Shown here in pieces: positions 28,676 through 39,704 of a stretch of 64,000 nucleotides of DNA. Below the pieces are notes generated by a model. That model had not been told where the DNA came from. It made no database searches and saw only the letters and a list, made by a program, of their open reading frames with translations. The DNA is taken from the NCBI GenBank assembly GCA_964457245.1, contig CAYWET010000014.1, forward strand, positions 14,917-78,916, given 5' to 3'. Numbering within the stretch: the first letter of the stretch is position 1; every line of letters begins with the position of its first letter. Source of the DNA: an uncultured Chryseobacterium sp. GTDB taxonomy: Bacteria > Bacteroidota > Bacteroidia > UBA10329. The position numbers were made by a program, and so were the translations under genes.

Positions 28676-29146
28676 ATGAGTATTGTAACATTAAAGGAAG
28701 GAGACAAGGCACCAGATTTTTCTGGCAAGGATCAGAATGGCGAAACGGTATCACTATCCGATCTTAAAGGAAAGCGTGTTATTCTGTTCTTCTACCCGAA
28801 GGATATGACACCAGGCTGTACGGCTGAGGCTTGCAATTTGGGAGAGAATTACAGCGAACTTCAGAAGAAAGGTTTCGAAGTAATTGGCGTTTCGGCTGAT
28901 AGCGAAGCACGTCATCAGAAGTTCATTGATAAGTACAGTTTGCCATTCAAGCTGATTGCTGATACCGAATTGGAGGTCATCAAGGCGTACGGAGTTTGGG
29001 GTTTGAAGAAATTCATGGGTAAAGAGTACGATGGCATTCATAGAACAACCTTCGTTATCGGAACGGATGGTAAATTAGAGAAGGTCATTACCAAGGTCAA
29101 AACGAAAGATCACACCGCGCAGATTCTTGAAGAACTGGGCGAATAA
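28676..29146 (+). CDS. bcp: thioredoxin-dependent peroxiredoxin Bcp
   Basis: FFYPKDMTPGCTAEAC peroxidatic Cys motif; 156 aa. Confidence 0.85.
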   Translation: MSIVTLKEGDKAPDFSGKDQNGETVSLSDLKGKRVILFFYPKDMTPGCTAEACNLGENYSELQKKGFEVIGVSADSEARHQKFIDKYSLPFKLIADTELEVIKAYGVWGLKKFMGKEYDGIHRTTFVIGTDGKLEKVITKVKTKDHTAQILEELGE

Positions 29147-29173
29147 AAACATCAACCAAGTAAAAAGACAATT

Positions 29174-30193
29174 ATGGCAAAAGACGAGAAAGCGGAAAAA
29201 ATGAAGGCCTTGCAAATGGCCATGGACAAGCTGGAAAAAGCTCACGGAAAGGGCTCTATCATGCGAATGGGCGATGCGGCCGTTGAAGACGTGGACGTGA
29301 TTTCAAGTGGCTCTATCAGTTTGGATGTAGCGTTAGGAATCGGTGGTTATCCACGTGGTAGAATTATAGAAATCTACGGTCCAGAATCTTCTGGTAAAAC
29401 AACGCTTGCTATCCATGCCATTGCCGAAGCTCAAAAGAAGGGCGGAATTGCTGCTATGATTGATGCGGAGCATGCTTTCGACCGTTTTTACGCTCAGAAT
29501 TTGGGAGTTGACATTGACAATCTTCTGATTTCTCAGCCCGATAATGGCGAGCAGGCATTGGAAATTGCGGAGAACTTGATTCGCTCAGGCGCAATTGACA
29601 TTATAGTGATTGACTCCGTAGCTGCCTTGACGCCAAGAAGTGAGATTGAGGGCGAGATGGGAGACAGCAAAATGGGACTTCAAGCACGTCTGATGTCGCA
29701 GGCTTTGAGAAAGCTAACAGGAACCATTAGCAAAACAGGTTGTGTTTGCATTTTCATCAATCAGCTTCGTGAGAAAATCGGTGTGATGTTCGGAAATCCT
29801 GAAACCACAACTGGTGGTAATGCTCTGAAATTCTACTCTTCTGTGCGTTTGGATATCCGTAGAGCAGGGCAGATTAAGTCGACCGATGACGTTACAGGCA
29901 ACCGAGCTCGTGTAAAGGTGGTTAAGAACAAAGTTGCACCTCCGTTCCGCAAGGCTGAGTTCGATATTATGTATGGAGAAGGTATTTCAAAAGTGGGAGA
30001 GATAATTGATCTTGGTGTTGACCACGGTCTTGTTAAAAAGAGTGGTTCTTGGTTCAGCTACGGAGAAACCCGTTTGGGTCAAGGTAGAGATGCGGTTAAA
30101 GAACTCCTTCTTGATAATCCAGAATTGATGGAAGAGCTCGAAACCAAGATCAAGGACAAAATTGCAGGAGTAGAGCCAGTTGCCGAAGGATGA
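29174..30193 (+). CDS. recA: recombinase RecA
   Basis: [11 protein letters not shown] Walker A; [14 protein letters not shown]; full-length RecA core. Confidence 0.95.
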   Translation: MAKDEKAEKMKALQMAMDKLEKAHGKGSIMRMGDAAVEDVDVISSGSISLDVALGIGGYPRGRIIEIYGPESSGKTTLAIHAIAEAQKKGGIAAMIDAEHAFDRFYAQNLGVDIDNLLISQPDNGEQALEIAENLIRSGAIDIIVIDSVAALTPRSEIEGEMGDSKMGLQARLMSQALRKLTGTISKTGCVCIFINQLREKIGVMFGNPETTTGGNALKFYSSVRLDIRRAGQIKSTDDVTGNRARVKVVKNKVAPPFRKAEFDIMYGEGISKVGEIIDLGVDHGLVKKSGSWFSYGETRLGQGRDAVKELLLDNPELMEELETKIKDKIAGVEPVAEG

Positions 30194-31233
30194 TTCGAAA
30201 CGCGTTAGTAGTATTTCTTGGAGTTGTTTTTCTTTTTGGTTGTGATGAATCTCCCAAACAACAAAAAGATGTTGTGGAGAATAAAACCGTTGAAGTTGAA
30301 GAGGAATTTCCTGGTCAGGTAAAGTTGGACAGCTTAACTGCATTGCTCGAAAAGGACCCTAATAACACGGATCTTTTGAATGAAAGAGCAAAGGTTTTCT
30401 TAGAAGTTGGACAGACCAATTACGGATTGGCCGATGTTGGCCGTGCGCTGCTTCTTGATAGCAGCAAAGCCTCCTACTACCTTACAATTTCTGATGCGTA
30501 CTTCAGGCTCAATAAGCCGAAAAAGAGCCGAAATGCATTGCTTAAAGCCGCTGAGTTAGAACCTGACTTCACGGAACCTTTATATCGATTGGCGCAATTC
30601 GAGTTGTATTTAGGCAACCAGCAGAAATGTATTGATTACGCCAACGATATGCTAAGAATTGATGCACGGGATGACCGTCCGTTCATGGTTAAAGGGCTTT
30701 GCTATAAGGATCTTGGTGATACCGCCAAAGCCGTAGAGAACTACTTGGAAGCTGTGGCAGAAAATCCAGATAATTACGATGCATACGTGGAGTTAGGTAT
30801 TTTGCATTATGGGAAGCAAGACCCGTTGACAGAAGGATATTTAAAAAGTGCTTTGCAAATTCGGCCCGAAGGGTTGGACGCACTGTACGCCTTAGGTATG
30901 CATTATCAAGCAAGCGATAAACTGAACGAAGCTCTTGAAGCTTACACCGAGATCTTGCAGATTGATAGTTCATACGTTTCCGCATATTACAATATGGGTT
31001 ACATCCAATATCAGTACCTGCAGTTGTATAATGAGGCACTGGTCAATTTTGATAAAGCGGTTAATATCAATCCAAAATATTACCAGGCAGTTTATATGCG
31101 TGGTTTATGTTACGAAGCAAAAGGAGATGTTACGCGCGCGAAGCGGGAATATTCTTATGCAATTGAATTGAATCCGAATTACGATAGGGCGGCTGAAGGA
31201 CTAAAGCGTTTGGTTGGTAAAACGCGGCAATGA
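30190..31233 (+). CDS. TPR-repeat lipoprotein translationally coupled to recA
   Basis: Lipobox LFGC; about 8 TPR units; ATGA overlap with the recA stop. Confidence 0.65.
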   Translation: MIRNALVVFLGVVFLFGCDESPKQQKDVVENKTVEVEEEFPGQVKLDSLTALLEKDPNNTDLLNERAKVFLEVGQTNYGLADVGRALLLDSSKASYYLTISDAYFRLNKPKKSRNALLKAAELEPDFTEPLYRLAQFELYLGNQQKCIDYANDMLRIDARDDRPFMVKGLCYKDLGDTAKAVENYLEAVAENPDNYDAYVELGILHYGKQDPLTEGYLKSALQIRPEGLDALYALGMHYQASDKLNEALEAYTEILQIDSSYVSAYYNMGYIQYQYLQLYNEALVNFDKAVNINPKYYQAVYMRGLCYEAKGDVTRAKREYSYAIELNPNYDRAAEGLKRLVGKTRQ

Positions 31234-31306
31234 GAGGATGGCACATTTCTTGCTTTGCATGCCGCGGTTCAATTTCTAACTTTAACGCTCAAATAACGAC
31301 CTACTT

Positions 31307-31834
31307 ATGAAAAACTACCTATTTGGAATCTGTTTGATGATCGGTCTTCCGACAGCAACAATGGCTCAAGATGCTTTGTGCGATAACCTGAAAAAGGTTG
31401 TCGATTCATCGCAGGAATATTTCAAAGAAATCAGAGGGGAGGAGACCACGTTGGAAATCCGTGGTGTTGCTAAACCGTATCAAAAATCAACTGCCGAGCT
31501 TAAGGAAGGTACCGAAATGCTTATTACTGCGGATGAGCTATACCCAGAAGCGATTACGTATTTGGCCGAAAGCCGATTCATTTCTTCTGAGTTGCAGTCT
31601 TCTTACGAGTCTCTGAAAAAGCAGATTACCGAATGTCTTGGTGATCAATGGGTCACTCAAGAAAAGGATAAGACCAATGATATCTTCTTGGAAGACACTG
31701 AATTCAAGAAGTTCATCATGAAGGAGAATAAGAAAGGTAAGAAGGTGAAGATTGAGCTTTACATGTACAACCAACGTGAGTTGAATAAGTGGGTTGTAGA
31801 GTTGAAGATATTCGGTATCGGTCGGAAGATCTGA
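31307..31834 (+). CDS. secreted hypothetical protein
   Basis: Signal peptide ...TATMAQDA; 175 aa; no recognisable domain. Confidence 0.4.
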   Translation: MKNYLFGICLMIGLPTATMAQDALCDNLKKVVDSSQEYFKEIRGEETTLEIRGVAKPYQKSTAELKEGTEMLITADELYPEAITYLAESRFISSELQSSYESLKKQITECLGDQWVTQEKDKTNDIFLEDTEFKKFIMKENKKGKKVKIELYMYNQRELNKWVVELKIFGIGRKI

Positions 31835-31856
31835 TATTTACTTCCTTAAAGAATTG

Positions 31857-31891
31857 AAAGCCCCGTTAGCCTCAGGCCGATGGGGTTTTTT
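31857..31891. terminator. bidirectional hairpin plus T-run between convergent genes
   Basis: ccccg...gcctcaggc...atgggg followed by tttttt. Confidence 0.5.
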
Positions 31892-33296
31892 ATTTGCTCA
31901 CTTTCTTTACAAATAACTGAGCCGTTTCATACTTGGTCACTTGAACAGTTTCTCCTTTGTCGATATAGCCCGTTAGAGCTGTGGCGTCATAAATTTCATC
32001 TTCGATTATAACCTTACCAGAAGGACGAAGAATTGTTTGCGCAAAACCTTCCTTGCCAACCAGAGAATGTTCGTTGGAGTCAACACCAATGTATCCTTCT
32101 TCTTTGTTCTGAACAGACGCAAGAACAAGCGAGCTTAACGCAGTAGTAGTGAGTAGTTTTTTTGCCAAGTAAAGTGAACCAAAGAATCCAAGAATTGACG
32201 AGAGAATGACAGTGAAGAATGCCGTCATAATCTCCTGCGGCATGGTGAATTCAAAGTTGAACCCAACATTACCAACTAGGCTCAAAATAAGTGAGGAGAC
32301 AATAAATGTGGCTCCTGAAATGCCAGCTACTCCAAATCCGGGTAGCACAAAGATTTCAACCGCTAAGAGTACAATTCCCACCAAGAAAAGGATTACCTCC
32401 CAGTTTTCCGCCAACCCTTCTAAATACAAGGGTGTGAAATAGAGTAGTGCGGCAATAATTGCGGCCGCCAATGGAAATCCAACACCTGGACTTTGCAATT
32501 CGAAATAAATGCCTCCAATAATGATCATGATGAGGATACCACTCACGGCAGGATTTACCATCCACCCAATGAAGGTTTCCAAGCCTGTCACTTCGTAGGT
32601 CTTCATCTCATATTTGGGAAAGCCGTTTGCTTCTAGCAGTGCTTTTACCGATTCGTACATCCCTTCGCAAAAACCGTGTTCCATGGCCTCGATAGCTGTA
32701 AACGTGAGGACTTTCCCAGAATCGGAAACGCCCGCCACTTTGATGGATTCATCTACCATAGCCTGAGCAATATCTGGGTTCCGCCCTTTGGCTTCAGCCG
32801 TTGAACGCATGGTGCTGCGCATATAGCTCTGGTACTTGTCGGGCATAGCCTCACCAGTCTGATTCACCACCGTTGCAGCTCCGATGTTGGCACCTTTTCG
32901 CATGTAAATACTATCGCAAGCAATGGAAATAAGCGCACCCGCTGAGGCTGCATTATTATCTATGAAAACCCAAACTGGAATCTTGCTATTCAGAATCTTG
33001 GTGCGCATGCTATCTGCATGAATAACCATGCCGCCATAGGTGTTCATATGAAGTAGAATGAGGTCGGCATTCCAATCTTCAGCCTCTTCAAATGCCTGTT
33101 GCATCTTTCGCCAAATAGGCGGACCAATTTCCTCCTTTACATCAAACTTGTAAACACGCTTTTTTGTAGTTGACTGAAATGCGGAATCAATCTTCCCGAT
33201 CAGCCTGTCGACAGAATTTTCGGTACTGTCTTCAAAGCCGAATGAAAAATGAAAAATGAAAAATGATAAAAGGAGAGTTAAGGCCGCTCGCATCAT
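31890..33296 (-). CDS. NfeD-family membrane-bound ClpP-class serine protease
   Basis: N-terminal ClpP-like domain (LILLHMNTYGG, AASAGALI), five TM helices, C-terminal NfeD OB-fold. Confidence 0.75.
   Translation of the reverse strand: MMRAALTLLLSFFIFHFSFGFEDSTENSVDRLIGKIDSAFQSTTKKRVYKFDVKEEIGPPIWRKMQQAFEEAEDWNADLILLHMNTYGGMVIHADSMRTKILNSKIPVWVFIDNNAASAGALISIACDSIYMRKGANIGAATVVNQTGEAMPDKYQSYMRSTMRSTAEAKGRNPDIAQAMVDESIKVAGVSDSGKVLTFTAIEAMEHGFCEGMYESVKALLEANGFPKYEMKTYEVTGLETFIGWMVNPAVSGILIMIIIGGIYFELQSPGVGFPLAAAIIAALLYFTPLYLEGLAENWEVILFLVGIVLLAVEIFVLPGFGVAGISGATFIVSSLILSLVGNVGFNFEFTMPQEIMTAFFTVILSSILGFFGSLYLAKKLLTTTALSSLVLASVQNKEEGYIGVDSNEHSLVGKEGFAQTILRPSGKVIIEDEIYDATALTGYIDKGETVQVTKYETAQLFVKKVSK
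33241..33268. repeat. tandem 7-mer (aatgaaa) x3 plus a degenerate copy, inside the NfeD signal-peptide coding region
   Basis: aatgaaa aatgaaa aatgaaa aatgata read directly; encodes FIFHFSF on the minus strand. Confidence 0.6.
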
Positions 33297-34114
33297 TTCA
33301 TAAAGCTACGCAGAAGCTCAGAAAACTCGGTATAGATGTTTGCGTTTGTGGCAATGATCTCTTTTGTAAAAATGGCATCATCTCCACCAGAAAAGTCAGT
33401 TACAATTCCACCAGCTTCCCGAACCAAAAGAATGCCAGCTGCCACGTCCCATGGGCTGAGGCTGTATTCGTAGAAACCGTCAAATCTACCTGCAGCTACG
33501 TACGCTAGATCGGTGGCTGCAGAACCGGGCCTGCGGATACCATGAGAGTGCTGCATCAAGTGTTTGAAAAGGGCCAGATACTGATCCAACAAATGGTAAT
33601 CATAATACGGGAACCCGGTTCCTAGCAACGAGTCTTTTATGGTTGGAGCTTCTGAAACCCGAATCGGTTTTCCATTTAGAAAAGCCCCTCCGTTTTTCCA
33701 GCTGGAGAACATCTCATCTTGATTAACCTCGTAGATCACACCAATGATCGGATTCTCATCGTAAACCAATGCAATGCTAACGGCATACAAAGGCATTCCA
33801 TGAATGTAATTTGTCGTGCCATCTAGCGGGTCAATTATCCATTTTAAGGGATTTTCATCCTGTTGCTCCGTTCCTTCTTCAGCAATAAACCCCGCAATCG
33901 GAAGAATGCTTTTGAGATCGTTTATAATGAGCTTTTCAGCACCTTTATCTACGTAGGAGACAAAGTCGTTGTGGCCTTTTACTTCAACTTTTTGGGTTGA
34001 GAATTTTTCTCGTTCGGATAAAATGAACTTTCCAGCTTTAAGTGCTGTGTCTTCTACCTTCTTGGTAAGTGTTTCAAGTTCGTGAGGATTGAATTCCATC
34101 AGTACTGTGCCCAT
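33293..34114 (-). CDS. inositol monophosphatase family protein
   Basis: WIIDPLDGTTNY and WDVAAG motifs. Confidence 0.85.
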   Translation of the reverse strand: MGTVLMEFNPHELETLTKKVEDTALKAGKFILSEREKFSTQKVEVKGHNDFVSYVDKGAEKLIINDLKSILPIAGFIAEEGTEQQDENPLKWIIDPLDGTTNYIHGMPLYAVSIALVYDENPIIGVIYEVNQDEMFSSWKNGGAFLNGKPIRVSEAPTIKDSLLGTGFPYYDYHLLDQYLALFKHLMQHSHGIRRPGSAATDLAYVAAGRFDGFYEYSLSPWDVAAGILLVREAGGIVTDFSGGDDAIFTKEIIATNANIYTEFSELLRSFMK

Positions 34115-35256
34115 TTATGCCCCACTTTGGGCATTATGAATAAAAACACAATTCCGATTACGATCATGACTGTAGAGATGATTTCTGCCTGAGTAACACC
34201 TCCAAAAATCGGATATTCATTATTGATTCTGATCTGCTCAATGGCCAATCTTTCGATACCTGCAAGAATCAGATACCAAGCGGCCACCATTCCTGGGGTT
34301 GTCCATCTTGTCCGCATGAACCAGAAGAAGCCGAATATGAGCAAGGCCATTGTGGTTTCATATATCGGGGTTGGCCAAGCATATCCTGTTAGGCTTACAT
34401 AACCCATCTGCGCGAAATCGGTTTTCAGGTCTATGCCTAAGACATTATTCGGGTAATTGTAGGCCCAAGCCCAATCTGGTAGCCAGCTCAACCAATCTGG
34501 TTTTGGAGCATCATTTGGAACTCCCCAATCACCGTCACCGGCAATTTGGCATCCCATTCGGCCAATACCATATGCAAGCATCAATCCAGGTAATGCTGAA
34601 TCAGCTAAGTGAAGCATTTTTATGTTGTTCTTGCGAGCGAACCACAAAATGGCTGCCGTGGCACATATCAATCCACCTAAGAATGACAATCCGCTGAATG
34701 ATATTAAAGCACCAACCGGGTCGGCCATAAGCTCATCAAGGTTTTCCAGGTTGTGGAAGATCTTGGCACCACCAATTCCAAAAACAGCCGCTAAGATGGT
34801 AATCGTTCCAACTTGTTGATAAGGGTGAACTAACACCTCAACTTCCTTGGGTTCATGGTTCAGCTTTCGATCCTCCCAAATGCGTATCCCAACAGAAATG
34901 GCGGCTACAATCACACCACCTAATAGATTACCTTCTGTAGATAAAATAAATGCCTGCGGGTTCAATACTACAGTGTCAAAATCTAAAACAATGGCCAAAA
35001 ATTTATAGCCAAGAAGAAAGCCAATAATACCTGAGGTTATTTTTTGCAAGAGCGTTGACTTGCCTCCAACCGTTATTTTTTTTCTTACCGCTTGCAATAA
35101 CCCTTGTTTTTCCTTGCGTTTCAGTTCAGATTTGAGGTCTTGACTGGCCGCTAAGAATGCTAGAGCTACCATAAGTCCGAAACTTTGCACCAACCTAAAT
35201 GGCGGAATGGATATTCCCGTTAGATCGAGTATCAGGTCATAAAGAGTAGGGTACAT
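34099..35256 (-). CDS. lgt: prolipoprotein diacylglyceryl transferase
   Basis: Polytopic membrane protein with an Lgt-like N-terminus (F..GP..i..FGLMVALAF) and a central GIGRMGCQIAGDGDWG block. Confidence 0.7.
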   Translation of the reverse strand: MYPTLYDLILDLTGISIPPFRLVQSFGLMVALAFLAASQDLKSELKRKEKQGLLQAVRKKITVGGKSTLLQKITSGIIGFLLGYKFLAIVLDFDTVVLNPQAFILSTEGNLLGGVIVAAISVGIRIWEDRKLNHEPKEVEVLVHPYQQVGTITILAAVFGIGGAKIFHNLENLDELMADPVGALISFSGLSFLGGLICATAAILWFARKNNIKMLHLADSALPGLMLAYGIGRMGCQIAGDGDWGVPNDAPKPDWLSWLPDWAWAYNYPNNVLGIDLKTDFAQMGYVSLTGYAWPTPIYETTMALLIFGFFWFMRTRWTTPGMVAAWYLILAGIERLAIEQIRINNEYPIFGGVTQAEIISTVMIVIGIVFLFIMPKVGHKWAQY

Positions 35257-35378
35257 GCGGTACTTTCTTTTTGAAGCGGCAAAGATGCACTTATTGCCGG
35301 GAGTGGGTGGCTCACTTCAGATTACTATTGAGTTACAGATTGCTTTGTTGAAGAGTTCGCTGAATTGAGAACTTCCGA

Positions 35379-36074
35379 TCAGGACCTTACCATCTCCTCA
35401 AACGTTCGCCAGAGTGGTTCTTTTGGAACGCGAGCAACAAATGTCATCTGTTTTTTCTGAACAGGATGTTCGATTTGTAGTTTTCTGGCGTGAAGATGTA
35501 TTCCACCGTCATTGTTCGAACGCGGTGCGCCATATTTCAGGTCACCTTTAATAGCACATCCGATTTTTGACAATTGAACCCGTATTTGATGGTGTCGACC
35601 CGTTTTTGGATTGACTTCTAGTAGAGTGAAGCGGTCGCTGGCAGCAAGGGTTTTGTAGGTCAACTCACAGTACTTGGTGTACTTAGCCTCATTTTCAAAA
35701 GCCTTACTCTTATTCTTCTCTTGATTTTTTCTGAGCCAATGACACAGTCGGTCATTCTCAACTGGTGGCCGTTTAGTGACAACCGCCCAATATGTCTTTT
35801 TAACATGCCTTTCAGAAAAAGCTTTGTTCAGTCGTTGCAACGCCTTTGTGGTGCGGGCAAAAAGGACAACACCACTAACCGGGCGGTCAATTCTGTGCAC
35901 AACACCAAGAAATACATCACCTGGTTTATTGTATTGAACCTTGATGTAATCTTTCACAAGGTCAGCCAGACATTCATCACCTGTTCGGTCTCCTTGCACA
36001 AGAAGACCAGCAGGTTTATTTACCACAATAATGTGGTTGTCCTCGTAAAGAACTTGGATTGTCTCCTTAGCCAT
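35379..36074 (-). CDS. RluA-family pseudouridine synthase
   Basis: HRIDRPVSGVVLFARTTKA catalytic-Asp motif. Confidence 0.85.
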   Translation of the reverse strand: MAKETIQVLYEDNHIIVVNKPAGLLVQGDRTGDECLADLVKDYIKVQYNKPGDVFLGVVHRIDRPVSGVVLFARTTKALQRLNKAFSERHVKKTYWAVVTKRPPVENDRLCHWLRKNQEKNKSKAFENEAKYTKYCELTYKTLAASDRFTLLEVNPKTGRHHQIRVQLSKIGCAIKGDLKYGAPRSNNDGGIHLHARKLQIEHPVQKKQMTFVARVPKEPLWRTFEEMVRS

Positions 36075-36083
36075 AGAGTGGAA

Positions 36084-36899
36084 TCAGTATTGTTCTGATT
36101 CGTTCGGGAAATCCTGACCCCGAACATCCGAGACATACGATTTGACAGCCATGTTCATGTCTTCGGCCAGATTCAGATAACGTCTCAAGAAACGAGGACT
36201 GAACTCCTGATTCATCCCCAACATATCGTGCGTTACAAGGACCTGACCATCAACGCCATTTCCAGCACCAATTCCAATAATCGGAATTTGAACTTCTGAC
36301 GCGACTTGAGCAGCCAACTTGGCAGGAACTTTTTCAAGAACAATAGCAAAGCATCCAGTTTCCTCCAGCAGTTTTGCGTCTTCGATCAGGCGTTGTGCTT
36401 CTTCCTCCTCTTTTGCACGGACAGTGTAAGTACCAAATTTGTAAATACTTTGTGGAGTCAGACCTAAATGGCCCATAACCGGGATTCCTGCCGAAAGAAT
36501 TCGAGTAATTGACTCAACAATTTCGCGGCCACCTTCCATCTTAATGGAATGACCTCCGGATTCTTTCATGATACGGATGGCAGAGGTGAGCGCCTCGCGA
36601 GAGTTTCCTTGATAAGAACCAAAAGGCATATCTACCACAACCAAACATCTTTCAACGGCTCTTACAACTCCAGCAGCATGATAGATCATTTCGTTGAGTG
36701 TAATTGGAAGGGTTGTCTCATGACCAGCCATAACGTTCGAAGCAGAATCGCCAACAAGCAGAATATCAATTCCGGCCTGGTCTAGGATTCTGGCCATGGT
36801 ATAATCGTAAGCGGTGAGCATGGCAATTTTCTCGCCATTTCGCTTCATTTCCTGAAGCACGTGGGTGGTAATTTTCTTTACCGATTTATGTACAGACAT
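36084..36899 (-). CDS. panB: 3-methyl-2-oxobutanoate hydroxymethyltransferase
   Basis: [12 protein letters not shown]...LLVGDS...[10 protein letters not shown] blocks. Confidence 0.9.
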   Translation of the reverse strand: MSVHKSVKKITTHVLQEMKRNGEKIAMLTAYDYTMARILDQAGIDILLVGDSASNVMAGHETTLPITLNEMIYHAAGVVRAVERCLVVVDMPFGSYQGNSREALTSAIRIMKESGGHSIKMEGGREIVESITRILSAGIPVMGHLGLTPQSIYKFGTYTVRAKEEEEAQRLIEDAKLLEETGCFAIVLEKVPAKLAAQVASEVQIPIIGIGAGNGVDGQVLVTHDMLGMNQEFSPRFLRRYLNLAEDMNMAVKSYVSDVRGQDFPNESEQY

Positions 36900-38314
36900 C
36901 AGTCTTGTTTTTTCTGCGCCTTGCGCACTTTTACCGGCAAAGGTCGTGCTTCTGTTTGTTCTTCCGAAACTTCCTGAGCAGAAATAGGAGAGGAGGCTTC
37001 TGTGTCAGGTTCATTATCAAATTCTTCCAACGCTTCCTCAATCAGCTGTTCTGCGTCAGATTTGGAAATATTTCCTGAATCAATTGCCACAGGGTTTTCA
37101 GCATTTTTTTCTTCCCAGGCCGCTTGTTCTGCATTCAGACGCTTGTCTTCCAATTCCTGTTCAATCTCCTTTTTGGTTTCGACAGCTTCTTTACGCTCAC
37201 GTTCTACTTTTTCTTTTTCAGCCTTTTTTATGGCTTTGTCCAAAAGTGCCAGTTTAAGCTTGCTGTATTTCTGATGCGTGTATTTCAGCGAATCCTTGTA
37301 AACCTGAACCTGAGATTCCAGTTTTTGGTTCTTAATGATCTCCGTTTTGAGATTTTCTGCCAACGTTAGAAATACGTCTTCATCTACTTCAACCAAAACT
37401 TGGTTCTTGAATTCTTGGAGCTGCCTATTTCTTACTGCGAAACGTTCATTTTCCTGCCTCAACTGTCCCATTTCTTCCTCTAGAACAGAAACCGCCTTCT
37501 GCCGTTCCATCTGACATTCTTTCAGAGACCGTTTTTGCTGCTCTAATTCATACCGCACCTTTGCCAACTGTTCAGTTGCTGACCGATCTTGCTCCTCAGC
37601 CTGAATCTCTTCCTCGGCAGTTTGCTTTCCAGATTCTGTAGTATAGACATAGAAGTAATCAGACTTTGCTTTTGTGTCAGGCCCAATAAGGAATCCCATG
37701 TTGCCTGGTTCATATTCCGTCACATCAAAAGATTGAAGGAACTTTTCATTTACGTAGATATCCACTTGTGGCAATTGTACACGAATGTCTATGGTGTTAT
37801 AATCGTTTTTACCAGCCAATGCTCCGCTCTTGACCCAACCTTTGTCTTCGTTTGTTCCTGAAAGAAACTTGTAGTAAGAACCTACAAGCTGTTTGATTCT
37901 GTACTGCTTGAATTTATTGAACTCGAACACTACTGCTCCTTTACCATCTTTTTGAACTAGGAAAATGATACCAGCCGTCTGGGTTTCGTCATTAGCTGGA
38001 CCCAGTTTTAGAGTAGTAAGAATGTTGAACTCAGAGAGATTGTTCTTCCAATCAGTAATGATGGCATAAGCCGCAGACTTGTTTCTGCGATGCATGAAAT
38101 ACTCATCCTTATCTGGCACATAGAGATTCTCCATGGTTGTGAGGTATGGCCAAAAATCGTTCTTCTCTGAGAACTCTTCTCTTAACTCAACTACGTTGTA
38201 TTCTAGAGATATAGGATTCTGTGCCTGAACAACTGAGCACGTAAGTAGGCCAACAATGGTTAGAGATGTAATAATACGGTCAATTTCGGGTTTATCTAAT
38301 CGGAGATTTCTCAT
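36899..38314 (-). CDS. secreted protein with an N-terminal about 200-aa beta-rich domain, then a long E/K/Q-rich coiled coil and an acidic tail
   Basis: Signal peptide; heptad-like charged repeats over about 250 aa; TGATG overlap with panB. Confidence 0.5.
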   Translation of the reverse strand: MRNLRLDKPEIDRIITSLTIVGLLTCSVVQAQNPISLEYNVVELREEFSEKNDFWPYLTTMENLYVPDKDEYFMHRRNKSAAYAIITDWKNNLSEFNILTTLKLGPANDETQTAGIIFLVQKDGKGAVVFEFNKFKQYRIKQLVGSYYKFLSGTNEDKGWVKSGALAGKNDYNTIDIRVQLPQVDIYVNEKFLQSFDVTEYEPGNMGFLIGPDTKAKSDYFYVYTTESGKQTAEEEIQAEEQDRSATEQLAKVRYELEQQKRSLKECQMERQKAVSVLEEEMGQLRQENERFAVRNRQLQEFKNQVLVEVDEDVFLTLAENLKTEIIKNQKLESQVQVYKDSLKYTHQKYSKLKLALLDKAIKKAEKEKVERERKEAVETKKEIEQELEDKRLNAEQAAWEEKNAENPVAIDSGNISKSDAEQLIEEALEEFDNEPDTEASSPISAQEVSEEQTEARPLPVKVRKAQKKQD

Positions 38315-38361
38315 GACTTCTCGTTGGGGTGTTATCTTTGCACGCTCATATGGTAAAGAGT

Positions 38362-39549
38362 ATGGTACGTTATGCTATCGGGTTAGTTGCACTGCTAACC
38401 GTTTTTTCTTCTTGTGACCCCAAGGTGAACCTTACGGGGCAGTATATTGAGAAGCCGCTTATCTACGGATTGATTAATCCTAAGGAGTCTGTTCAATTGT
38501 TCAGAATCCAAAAAGCATTTCTTGGGGAGGAATCTGCCTTTGTTATGGCACAAAATGCTGACTCTTCTTACTTCAAATACGAAGACCTATTTGTTGAATT
38601 GGTAGAGTACAATTCTGATGGCAACGAGGCGAACCGCTGGGCACTGGATACGGTTTTGATTAACAACAAGGAAACAGGTGACCCAGACGATGATGAGATT
38701 GATTTTTTTGGCCCAGCACAGCGTTTATATAGTACCGCTCAGGGTAAAATTAAGGAATCAACCAATTCTAATACGGTGGTCATCAACGCAGCTCATGAAT
38801 ACGAGATAACTCTTAAAAAGCGACCTTCTCATATTGCAATTGACGGTATGACAATTACAAACATGGATACGATTACCCCTATCGCTGATGCGAAGGTCAG
38901 TATGGTCGATGTTTCTGCTTTTAAGTTTACGAGCCCAAACGCTCAAAGTGCGCAAGTGGTGGCACCAAAAATGACATTGATCACTACAACAGGAGAGCGT
39001 ATTTCCTATGCAATAAAGTTCAGTTCGGCCAGAAATGTTGCATTGTATGAGGTGTGGTTGCGGTTTCACTATCGTGAAGTGAGAAATAATGTTGAAACTC
39101 CCATGTCTTTTCAATGGAGGGCCAGAACAGTGGAGGCTGATCCCAATGATTTTGGAGAGATACAAGTTCCCCCAATTTCGGCTGAGGAGATTTACAGTCG
39201 AATAGGAACTGAGGTTCCAATAGAATCAGGGGTTGTTCGAAAAATCGGAAAGGCAGATGGTGGTCAAGGCGACCCAATTCCCAACGATGGTCATACTCAG
39301 GACTTTGACATTTTTGTTCGGATGGCAGGTGATAATTTTTTTAAGTACATAGACATCAACGACCCCGTATCTTCCGGTGTGGTTCAGGAACGCCCAGTTT
39401 ACACTAACATTAACAATGGGTTAGGTGTGTTCTCCAGTCGTACCCAGGTAGATTTTCTGAATAGAATTTACCTAAGCACCGAGTCTTATGATGAATTGGT
39501 TGGTGGAGAATACACATCCGACCGTGGTTTCGTTGTGGATCCAGACTAG
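38362..39549 (+). CDS. lipoprotein of unknown function (DUF4249-like). The ORF track starts at 38329; the Met at 38362 gives a clean lipoprotein signal
   Basis: MVRYAIGLVALLTVFSSC lipobox. Confidence 0.5.
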   Translation: MVRYAIGLVALLTVFSSCDPKVNLTGQYIEKPLIYGLINPKESVQLFRIQKAFLGEESAFVMAQNADSSYFKYEDLFVELVEYNSDGNEANRWALDTVLINNKETGDPDDDEIDFFGPAQRLYSTAQGKIKESTNSNTVVINAAHEYEITLKKRPSHIAIDGMTITNMDTITPIADAKVSMVDVSAFKFTSPNAQSAQVVAPKMTLITTTGERISYAIKFSSARNVALYEVWLRFHYREVRNNVETPMSFQWRARTVEADPNDFGEIQVPPISAEEIYSRIGTEVPIESGVVRKIGKADGGQGDPIPNDGHTQDFDIFVRMAGDNFFKYIDINDPVSSGVVQERPVYTNINNGLGVFSSRTQVDFLNRIYLSTESYDELVGGEYTSDRGFVVDPD

Positions 39550-39704
39550 TTCCGTGTCGTTTTGTCACCATTCTGTCAGGTGTTCCTAGCCTGATTCGTT
39601 CCTGACTGACATAATTTCCCGAAAAACTGTACGCATTAGCGATGGCATGGTCTATGTCCATTGGCAGCCGACAGTTTTTATTACGAATCAGTAAAACCAA
39701 CATA

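Noticed and set aside
37002-37369. Ser-rich and Phe-rich plus-strand ORFs inside the coiled-coil gene
   Set aside because: They are composition artefacts from the GAA/GAG-rich E/K coiled-coil codons on the opposite strand.
39573-39612. An imperfect inverted repeat (TGTCAGG-N20-CCTGACTGACA) upstream of dnaK, considered as a CIRCE-like heat-shock operator
   Set aside because: It does not match the CIRCE consensus (TTAGCACTC-N9-GAGTGCTAA), and the arms are short and imperfect.
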